Below, piece by piece: positions 16,200 through 23,212 of a DNA stretch of 23,212 nucleotides. The notes beneath the pieces were generated by a model. The model searched no databases. It was not told the DNA's origin and saw nothing but the letters and a program-made list of their open reading frames with translations. Position 1 is the stretch's first letter. The number at the start of each line of letters is the position of its first letter. The stretch spans positions 1-23,212 of the forward strand of contig DAIDHG010000011.1 of assembly GCA_027452085.1 (NCBI GenBank), written 5' to 3'. The position numbers and the translations under genes were made by a program. Source of the DNA: a bacterium. GTDB lineage: Bacteria > Babelota > Babeliae > Babelales > JABCYS01.

Positions 16200-17276
16200 A
16201 ATTGGACCTCCAAAAACCACTAAGTTTAAGAGAGGTCCAACTCCATGGAATTCAATAAAAGATGTAGCCTAAGCTACGGGATTGATAGCAGAGATTATAG
16301 CGCAATATCTTCTGAACGCGAACGCAAGCTTCGCTGCTATCAAGAATTAATTAAAGGTGGCATCAAAAGAGAAGCTGCCTTGCGCGTATTACAAATGCCG
16401 CAGGCAACGTATTATCGATGGCGAAAGCGGTATGGTTCTCGAGGCCTTTCGGGCCTCGAGAATGAAAATAGAAGACCGTATAATCTGCGCCAATCAACCA
16501 TAAAGCCTAAAATTGAACATTTAGTTCTCCTCGTCCGGAACGGCAATGTTCTTTGGGGTAGGAATAAGATAGCGACCATAATGAATCGTGATTATGGCGT
16601 TAAAGCCTCGATAAGCACTGTTGGTCGTATTATTTCTCAACTTATCAAACGGGGAAAGATAAAGCCTGCTTGGTGGCATGCTGGATCTAAGCATACAAAA
16701 CCTCGAGTCTTCAATGGACATGCCCAACGGCTGCCCTCAGGTAAAAAGGCAATACAGCTCGGCGAGCTTGTTCAGATCGATCATATGGATGTAAGAGCTC
16801 CAGGGGTCTTACATGGCATTAAGCATTTCAATGCAATATGTCCTGTCACTAAATGGGCTACTGGCAAAGTTTTCAGGCAGGCCACGGCGACCAATGGAGC
16901 TGAATTTCTCGACCATGTCATAAAGAACTTTAGGTTCCCGATTCGGTCTATTCAGGTTGATGGAGGTGGTGAGTTTATGGGCGATTTTGAACGTGCGTGC
17001 AAAGCACGCAACATCGATTTATATGTGCTTCCGCCACGTTCTCCGGAGCTCAATGGCAATGTTGAACGGCTAAATGGAACCACCAGACGAGAATTTTATA
17101 GAATATATAATGGTGGCAGCAGCCATTTTGATGTCCAAAAAGGCTTGGATAGATGGTTTCATAGCTATAATCACTGGCGCCCTCACCAGAGGCTAGGCAA
17201 TCAGACCCCTTTTCAGTACTATGAAGCCGCCAAAAAGAAAGAGGTCCTTTTTTCTCATATGTCTTGAGTCAGCACA
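16161..17276 (+). mobile_element. Complete IS481-family insertion sequence, 1116 bp
   Basis: IRL TGTCCTGACTCAAACACATGTGAGAAAAA (16161..16189); IRR reverse complement TGTGCTGACTCAAGACATATGAGAAAAA (17249..17276); TGT...ACA ends; flanks CCCAT/GCCAT (imperfect duplication); single DDE transposase. Confidence 0.9.
16245..17267 (+). CDS. IS481-family DDE transposase
   Basis: HTH (ATYYRWRKRY), rve core with D (QIDH), D (QVDGGGEF), E (NGNVERLN), YNHWRPHQRLGNQTP; stop inside IRR. Confidence 0.93.
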   Translation: MEFNKRCSLSYGIDSRDYSAISSERERKLRCYQELIKGGIKREAALRVLQMPQATYYRWRKRYGSRGLSGLENENRRPYNLRQSTIKPKIEHLVLLVRNGNVLWGRNKIATIMNRDYGVKASISTVGRIISQLIKRGKIKPAWWHAGSKHTKPRVFNGHAQRLPSGKKAIQLGELVQIDHMDVRAPGVLHGIKHFNAICPVTKWATGKVFRQATATNGAEFLDHVIKNFRFPIRSIQVDGGGEFMGDFERACKARNIDLYVLPPRSPELNGNVERLNGTTRREFYRIYNGGSSHFDVQKGLDRWFHSYNHWRPHQRLGNQTPFQYYEAAKKKEVLFSHMS

Positions 17277-17281
17277 GCCAT

Positions 17282-17309
17282 TTGCAATCTTTTAGGGGGG
17301 GGGTATCCT
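17282..17309 (+). promoter_or_regulatory. Putative sigma70 promoter with G9 tract in the spacer
   Basis: TTGCAA(17282)-TCTTTTAGGGGGGGGG(16 nt)-TATCCT(17304); GGAAGGA RBS and ATG 17348 downstream. Confidence 0.55.
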
Positions 17310-17347
17310 TAGTGACATAGTGCACTAATGGAAGGAAATTTGACATC

Positions 17348-19495
17348 ATGTTTACTAATCTTTATCGAGTATTATTTCTTTCATTCTCCATTGCCATGGC
17401 GTTGCCTCTTGGTGCCGCAATTCAAGCCCCTGAAACTAGCCAAACTAGATCAAATAATTCAACGTATTTTAATAGATGGCGCAATGGTACTCGTTCTATA
17501 AGCAATAATTTAAAGTCTCTTTCAATTTTTGCCTTGTTAGCTAGTTCACAAGTTTCTTTGAACAAGGTCTCCGCTTACCTTGGAAATGAATTTATCATTA
17601 ACAGTGGGCAAGCAACTTCGCTTTCCCCAAGATCCGACGGTAGTTTATGGATTGCATCTGATATGGCTGGCGGTAATGGTTTTTTACAATTGGTGAGTGA
17701 AGATGGCTCTTACATAGGCAATCAAATTCCCCTATCTGCGATTTCTTCATCTAATGTCTTACCATCAGTTGCGGTTTTTAATGATAATAGCGCTATGGTT
17801 GGTTGGGCTGATTCAAAATCTAAACTTATTTCTGCCCGAACCTTTAATCCCGATGGTACGCCTAATGATACAGATATATTTGTAGCTAATGCAACCTTTA
17901 GTGGCTATCCATTGATAAATCTAAGGACATTTCAGGATTCAATTCTTGCTACATATAAAACTAGTAATAATATAGTGGCCCAAAGATTTAATAAAACACA
18001 TTCGTTATCCCCTGCAAATCTATTGGATACTGGAGCTACTTTCTTTTCATTGATACCTGGTTCAGATGAGAATTTAGCATTAGTTGATGCTACGGTTGGA
18101 AGTTCTATAAAGTTTTCTTCATTTAATAGCACTTTTGCAAAACAAAACAATGCTCAAACGGCTGAAGTTGCGAATTCCATTCTTGGGTCAGCTGTGTTTA
18201 ACAATGATGTTTTAACCATATGGATTGGGCAAGGGCCATATTATGTTCTTTATGGCACAATTTATGATCAAGCGACTGGTTCAATTACCAGAGATATGAT
18301 AGAGATAAGCTTGGATGGATATTTTGTTTTGCCAGGTTTTAATTCAAATGCATGCATTACTACATTTAATAATGGAAATAATGCGCTGGTAATTTTTTCT
18401 GCTCAGACACCTACAACAGCCAATGGTTACCAAATTTGTGGCACTATCTTGGATAAAAGCGGAAATGTTTTGATTTCGTCGTTCCCGATTAGCCAAGGCT
18501 TTAGTACAAGTACTGCCGCTTTAGGAGCCGTTACTCTACCCAACAACGACGTTTTCGTTGTTTGGTACAACGGCGCAACAGTTGGCAAAGCCCTCACAGC
18601 TGAATACCTCAACAACCTCATCAACCCAGCAACTTCATCTACGGGCTCAAATACTGGCCCGACGCAGCCAACAGATACAACCGCAACAAGCGGGGTAGAG
18701 AGCTTCATCAACTCGCCTGAGGGTAAGGTTAGCTATAGCGTAGCCGCGGGCCTTGTATCGTTTGCTTTGGGTAAATTGTGGTTCCGCCATAAGGCAACCA
18801 AATACCGTGAAACCCATAAGAAGTTCCATGATATGGTGCGCAAGAAGCTTGACCTAGGCTATACCGATTTTGCCGCTGGTGAGGGTCGCGATTTTTGTGA
18901 TATGATCGATCGAGTTCTTGGTGGCATGAGCGATCATTTTAAGGCAAAAAATTCAAAGTTTGAGATTGCGGATTGTGATAATGAGCAGCTAGAGTCTATA
19001 GCTGCGGCATTTGCTACCGTGTTTTCAAATCACAAAATGGTCGGTTGGAGCCCACGTCAGCTCAAGAATCTATTTAGAAAGTATAAGATAACCCTGAATG
19101 CTGAAATTGATCGCAACCTGCAAAGCATTATTGACGATATCCTCTTCGAAATTCCTAAGAATGTCTTTGATCAAATCATTACCGAGCTGCCATCAGATAT
19201 GTGCGTAAATCCAGTGCGCAGAAGCATGGGCGAATCATCTAACTTCAATGAGATCATACTAAACATGCCAAATTCCCCTCGGGGCAACTTTAGATCATCA
19301 AGCCAGCTGGAAATGGTCCCCGCGTCACCACGGGCACAGAACAGGCCATCTGCGGCAACTACGGAACGAAACACCCCGCCGCGGGAATCAGATATGCTAA
19401 ACGATACCCCGCCTCGGCAGGAAACCCCACCGCGCAGGATGAGCGAAACCCCACCCCCTCCGCCACCACCTTCCGATGAAGAAGCATACGCTTAA
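17348..19495 (+). CDS. Large single-pass membrane/secreted protein: beta-rich repeat domain, S/T linker, TM, helical domain, Pro-rich tail
   Basis: Signal peptide; propeller-like motifs GNEFIIN, PSVAVFNDNSAMVGW, IVAQRFN, TLPNNDVFVVW; TM VSYSVAAGLVSFALGKLWF followed by a basic patch; TPPR repeats and polyproline. Confidence 0.85.
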   Translation: MFTNLYRVLFLSFSIAMALPLGAAIQAPETSQTRSNNSTYFNRWRNGTRSISNNLKSLSIFALLASSQVSLNKVSAYLGNEFIINSGQATSLSPRSDGSLWIASDMAGGNGFLQLVSEDGSYIGNQIPLSAISSSNVLPSVAVFNDNSAMVGWADSKSKLISARTFNPDGTPNDTDIFVANATFSGYPLINLRTFQDSILATYKTSNNIVAQRFNKTHSLSPANLLDTGATFFSLIPGSDENLALVDATVGSSIKFSSFNSTFAKQNNAQTAEVANSILGSAVFNNDVLTIWIGQGPYYVLYGTIYDQATGSITRDMIEISLDGYFVLPGFNSNACITTFNNGNNALVIFSAQTPTTANGYQICGTILDKSGNVLISSFPISQGFSTSTAALGAVTLPNNDVFVVWYNGATVGKALTAEYLNNLINPATSSTGSNTGPTQPTDTTATSGVESFINSPEGKVSYSVAAGLVSFALGKLWFRHKATKYRETHKKFHDMVRKKLDLGYTDFAAGEGRDFCDMIDRVLGGMSDHFKAKNSKFEIADCDNEQLESIAAAFATVFSNHKMVGWSPRQLKNLFRKYKITLNAEIDRNLQSIIDDILFEIPKNVFDQIITELPSDMCVNPVRRSMGESSNFNEIILNMPNSPRGNFRSSSQLEMVPASPRAQNRPSAATTERNTPPRESDMLNDTPPRQETPPRRMSETPPPPPPPSDEEAYA

Positions 19496-19502
19496 ATTAA
19501 TT

Positions 19503-19529
19503 AAGGCCCGCGATTAAGCGGGCCTTTTT
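19503..19529. terminator. Intrinsic terminator, probably bidirectional, between convergent genes
   Basis: AAGGCCCGC-GATTAA-GCGGGCCTT continuing into a T-run; A/T-rich on the other side. Confidence 0.9.
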
Positions 19530-19564
19530 AATTGATCAAATGAGAAGCGAGAAGGGCGATTGTT

Positions 19565-20335
19565 TTAAAAATTCTTTGCCTCAACCATATCCAAGACCAG
19601 GGCTCCCTGTGCGAGTTTATAGTAAAGATCGAGGTAATATGCCGTATCAATGTCTTTGCCGTTTTCGTACTCATATTCACGATATGGTTTAAGAGGCATG
19701 AGGCAAACATCAGCGCCGCTAATTTCGGCTTTAATCACCGTTTCATCGCTCACCAAATAAGCCATGAACCTATAATCGTGCTCGTTTTCTCCGGTTTCTA
19801 TATCTTTGATTTCATTCTGCCGATGTTCATCTAGAATTTTGAACCCGCAGCCAACAATTCTTTCTCTAAGCATAGGCCAAGTCTGTGCAAGATTGCCCCA
19901 GATGATTGGGCCTGTATGATCTTGTGGAGGAAATGGCATATCTAAAAAATACTCTTCGAACATTTCGAAATAACTTATTTTGAATGGACGAAATATTCCC
20001 ATTACTTTAGGAATATACGATATTACGTCTTTGTAATCTTCTACATATCTTAACGAATGAAGACTTAGTTTTTTTTTCTCCATTTTGTCGATGTCGAAGT
20101 CTGTCTCATATTTACCATGCTTAAATAATTCAATGCCTATATGATTTTTTATCAAAGGATGTTCGTTAACTAAGAACTTTGCAGCACTTTCGTTATCCAA
20201 GGTCACTCGTTTTCCATCGTCGGATACAACATAAAAGGAATAGCCGCATTGAGAAGAGAAATCTAAAATCTTTTTTAGGTTTTCAGAATCTAATTTAGCA
20301 TCTAGAGCAAAAGAATAAAAAAAACAAAAACTCAT
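19565..20335 (-). CDS. Hypothetical cytoplasmic protein, candidate immunity protein
   Basis: ATGA 4-bp overlap with the upstream nuclease-tipped gene; AT-rich; acidic/aromatic; no signal peptide. Confidence 0.7.
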   Translation of the reverse strand: MSFCFFYSFALDAKLDSENLKKILDFSSQCGYSFYVVSDDGKRVTLDNESAAKFLVNEHPLIKNHIGIELFKHGKYETDFDIDKMEKKKLSLHSLRYVEDYKDVISYIPKVMGIFRPFKISYFEMFEEYFLDMPFPPQDHTGPIIWGNLAQTWPMLRERIVGCGFKILDEHRQNEIKDIETGENEHDYRFMAYLVSDETVIKAEISGADVCLMPLKPYREYEYENGKDIDTAYYLDLYYKLAQGALVLDMVEAKNF

Positions 20336-22614
20336 ATTGTGTCCCGAAGATTATTAAATCCTAGAAATCTATAACCGCGCCTTACTGAGTCTGCAAGAAT
20401 CTCCAAAAGCTTTTCTTTCTGGGGAAGTTGATCTAGAACCAGCTGTGATGGAAATTCATCAGGTGTTAAAACAATATATCCTACTGATCGTCCATTTAGC
20501 CCTAATTTGTTATCGATATTTGTCTTGTATTTATTCATAGCATCATAATGTTTTTTTATTTGTAGAAGCAAAGCATTGAGGCGCTGGTCGCTTATTTTTA
20601 GCCAATCAAATGATTTGCATTCAATAATAAATATTTTGCCAAAGACCTCTATTACAAAATCAAACTCAGCATTTAATCCGCCGTCATGGATTTTGAATCC
20701 TCCCTCCAATATTTTCACTCCTGGGATTTCTTTAAGGATCATAGCTACCTCTAATTCCAAAACATGGCCAAAATTTGTTGGAATTTTTCCTTGGGCTAAT
20801 TCTATTTTAGCTTTTTCTATCTCTATCAAGGCGTCCTCAAGAAATGATTTTAGCCAGGGGAACTCTTTTAATTTTTCCTTCGCATCTTCAATAATTTGTT
20901 CCGCTTCAGGGATGGTGTATCGCGGTTTTGGAATTTCCAACCCTTTAATACCCCCTTTGCCTGGCTTTAACTCCACAGCTCCTCTCGCTAATTCACCTAA
21001 GGCGAGATCTGCTGGAGAAAGTTTACCAGTGAGGGTTTGCTGGCCATAGTTGCATGTGGTTTGGGGCGGTGCTTGGGTGGCTGTGCGTTCCTTTGACGGG
21101 TTGCAGTCTGTCTTTGGTAGTTCATTCAAGCGACCAATTGCCGAGCCGCAGGTTGCAGCAATGTCCAAAGGATCGGATATGTTGCCTGCCTTACCCAATT
21201 CATTATCGCAGACAGGATCCTGAGTTGTTTTGCCGTAAAACTCATCGAGTTGTGAAGTGCCGCATGTTGGAAGAGCAACTTCAGGTGAGCCCACTATGCA
21301 TGAGCCGCATTCAGGCGCTACATCGCCTTGAGCATCTTCTTTGATGGCAGCCTCTACCCAAGGAATTTTGCACCTGCCTGATTTGTCGAAATAGATCTCT
21401 TCTATAGTTGCGCCGCCAGGTAAAGCGGCTTTGGCTTTGCAATATTCAAGCAAGATTTGCGCTTGTGCCCTTGGGTCACCAGCATGGGCTACAAGCTCAT
21501 AGTTTAATGGCGCTAGGGCTGTCGATTGCGCTGGGGTTGCGCCTACAATGTTATCAATCTCTTTGCGGATTTTTGCGCGATTAATGATCCTAGTAGCAGA
21601 ACAGCCGAATCGATCAGGCGTTACCATCGGATCGACTGAGCAGTAGCCTGTACGGATATAATCACTGAGTACCCTGCTATAAAATTGATTTCTCAGGAAA
21701 TCAGCAAGGTTCTTTGATGGCAATTTAATTAAGCGTGGGTCATTTGCATTACGCGCTGCAATGATGCTGCGAATGCTTGCCACGTAGGAATCAATTTTCT
21801 CAGCGGCAATCGATAATGCTTCAGCAACTGCCTTTTGGCAATTTGCACAGGCTTCAAAGGCAGAATCGCTAAAAATGCCTTTTTTGCCATACACGCAATC
21901 TTCTGCATACGGCATGTTGGATGATAAAACCAACTCTGCAGCGCTGTACCCCTCCTTAAACTGAACTTTTTGAAGCGCTTTATATAAGATAGCGTCAAAG
22001 CATTTGCTCGTGCGTGATGAGCTGCCATTCCAATGCATAAGATGATGCAACACATCGCGCACCGCCTGATCGGGATGTGCTGCAACCAAATCAAGAATTT
22101 CTATCAGCGCCTGAGTAATCTCGAGCTGCCCATTGGGGCGAATGGTAAATAAGGATTTGTTATCAAGCTTTTGCAGGCGATCGTTCACTGCCTTTTTTAC
22201 CGCTGATTGCCATGCTTGTGGCGATTGGCGATCCACCGTCGGCAACGCATCAAATATCTGCTTTTCTACATCAGAGAGTTTGCCTGCTCCATCATTGCAT
22301 GGTGCTGTAGGCCAGCCAGTGATCGGTGGTGATTGGTTGCCCGTGGTGGGCCCAGGAACATGTTTGTTTGGCGCTTGAACCGTTGATTCGGTAGGAGTTG
22401 GGTGAGATCTCGATCCGATATTGGTAGAAATAGTCCATAGCAGTAAAGGTATTGCCACTATTGCAGAACCGACCTTTATTGCAGTACCCATAGAAATGGC
22501 CGGCGCCAATATGGCCATTGCAAACGAATACATCGTTCTACAGAGGAAGGAGCCAAGAACAAATAGCAATGAAAAAAGACGTTTAGGATTTAAGAAAAAT
22601 AAGAGTCGTTTCAT
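20332..22614 (-). CDS. Exported multidomain protein with C-terminal PD-(D/E)xK nuclease-like domain, candidate polymorphic toxin
   Basis: Signal peptide and second hydrophobic segment; C-terminal GHVLELEVA...AEFDFVIEVFGKIFIIECKS...QIKKH matches the E...D...ExK...Q restriction-endonuclease-fold pattern. Confidence 0.75.
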   Translation of the reverse strand: MKRLLFFLNPKRLFSLLFVLGSFLCRTMYSFAMAILAPAISMGTAIKVGSAIVAIPLLLWTISTNIGSRSHPTPTESTVQAPNKHVPGPTTGNQSPPITGWPTAPCNDGAGKLSDVEKQIFDALPTVDRQSPQAWQSAVKKAVNDRLQKLDNKSLFTIRPNGQLEITQALIEILDLVAAHPDQAVRDVLHHLMHWNGSSSRTSKCFDAILYKALQKVQFKEGYSAAELVLSSNMPYAEDCVYGKKGIFSDSAFEACANCQKAVAEALSIAAEKIDSYVASIRSIIAARNANDPRLIKLPSKNLADFLRNQFYSRVLSDYIRTGYCSVDPMVTPDRFGCSATRIINRAKIRKEIDNIVGATPAQSTALAPLNYELVAHAGDPRAQAQILLEYCKAKAALPGGATIEEIYFDKSGRCKIPWVEAAIKEDAQGDVAPECGSCIVGSPEVALPTCGTSQLDEFYGKTTQDPVCDNELGKAGNISDPLDIAATCGSAIGRLNELPKTDCNPSKERTATQAPPQTTCNYGQQTLTGKLSPADLALGELARGAVELKPGKGGIKGLEIPKPRYTIPEAEQIIEDAKEKLKEFPWLKSFLEDALIEIEKAKIELAQGKIPTNFGHVLELEVAMILKEIPGVKILEGGFKIHDGGLNAEFDFVIEVFGKIFIIECKSFDWLKISDQRLNALLLQIKKHYDAMNKYKTNIDNKLGLNGRSVGYIVLTPDEFPSQLVLDQLPQKEKLLEILADSVRRGYRFLGFNNLRDTI

Positions 22615-22827
22615 GATGTTTCCATGTTGTTTAATACATGGGCTAATATTTTATCTTCCAGGCAATATAAATCTAATTAAACATTCGCTTGATGTTGGGG
22701 GCGCTAACTAGAAAATGATCGGAAAGCTTCTGCCTCAGACCAACTCTGTTAAGCACCTCGTCTTAACCAGTTAAATTTTATCATTTCAACGAATGAGTAC
22801 ATCTGGCGAAAAAAACAAGGAAGTTCA

Positions 22828-23211
22828 TCATTCCTTTTCCTCATCATTAATACGTTGTCGTTGCTCTCGTAGGAAAACCGCTTGCTGCTCTTCCATATAC
22901 TTACTTTGCATATCAGACAAAGTGAAATTTGCCATTGCAGCGCCCCAGGCGAGGGGATTTAACGACGAAAAAGAAGAAGCAAGTTGTGAGCATGCGCTAT
23001 GCAACCTCATATGTTGTTGATCTAGCATCTGCTGTTCAACCAGATTCATTTGAAATTCTCGATTTCTTTGCGCTTCAGTTTTACTACGGTTATTTTCGAG
23101 TTTTACATCATTTTTGGCTACAACAAGCGCTTTTTTTAGATCATCCATAGTAATAAATACTTCATCACGCATTTTTTCCATATAAACAGATGATGCAATT
23201 AACCCAATCTG
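22828..23211 (-). CDS. 3' part of a gene entering from the right edge; possibly the C-terminus of an AAA+ ATPase
   Basis: Frame stays open upstream of ATG 23181 to the edge (QIGLIASSVY-MEK...); ITMDDLKKAL resembles an AAA lid helix; Q/E-rich coiled tail. Confidence 0.55.
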   Translation of the reverse strand, partial: QIGLIASSVYMEKMRDEVFITMDDLKKALVVAKNDVKLENNRSKTEAQRNREFQMNLVEQQMLDQQHMRLHSACSQLASSFSSLNPLAWGAAMANFTLSDMQSKYMEEQQAVFLREQRQRINDEEKE

Positions 23212-23212
23212 G

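Noticed and set aside
20576..22711. Plus-strand ORFs of 80-160 aa overlapping the candidate toxin
   Set aside because: Antisense shadow frames with no domain signal.

Overview
Bacterial chromosomal window, most consistent (inference) with an intracellular, protist-associated bacterium such as Candidatus Dependentiae/Babelota (TM6). Housekeeping genes (ileS, lnt, an EamA/DMT transporter, archaeal/eukaryote-type proS, a XerC/D recombinase) are interleaved with many orphan proteins carrying Sec-type signal peptides and often a transmembrane segment. Also present: a three-gene minor-pilin cluster, two paralogous secreted LRR proteins (one cut by the left edge), a complete 1116-bp IS481-family element, and a candidate polymorphic toxin (PD-(D/E)xK nuclease tip) with a coupled candidate immunity gene. 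Most notable observations: a small secreted protein with an RVxF + DTVDNE motif resembling eukaryotic PP1 inhibitor-3; a G9 tract in a promoter spacer beside the IS; palindromic in-frame insertions in ileS, proS and the DMT gene; and two divergent genes whose start codons overlap in one CATG. No rRNA, tRNA or CRISPR array was seen. All family assignments come from motif recognition by eye, not database searches.
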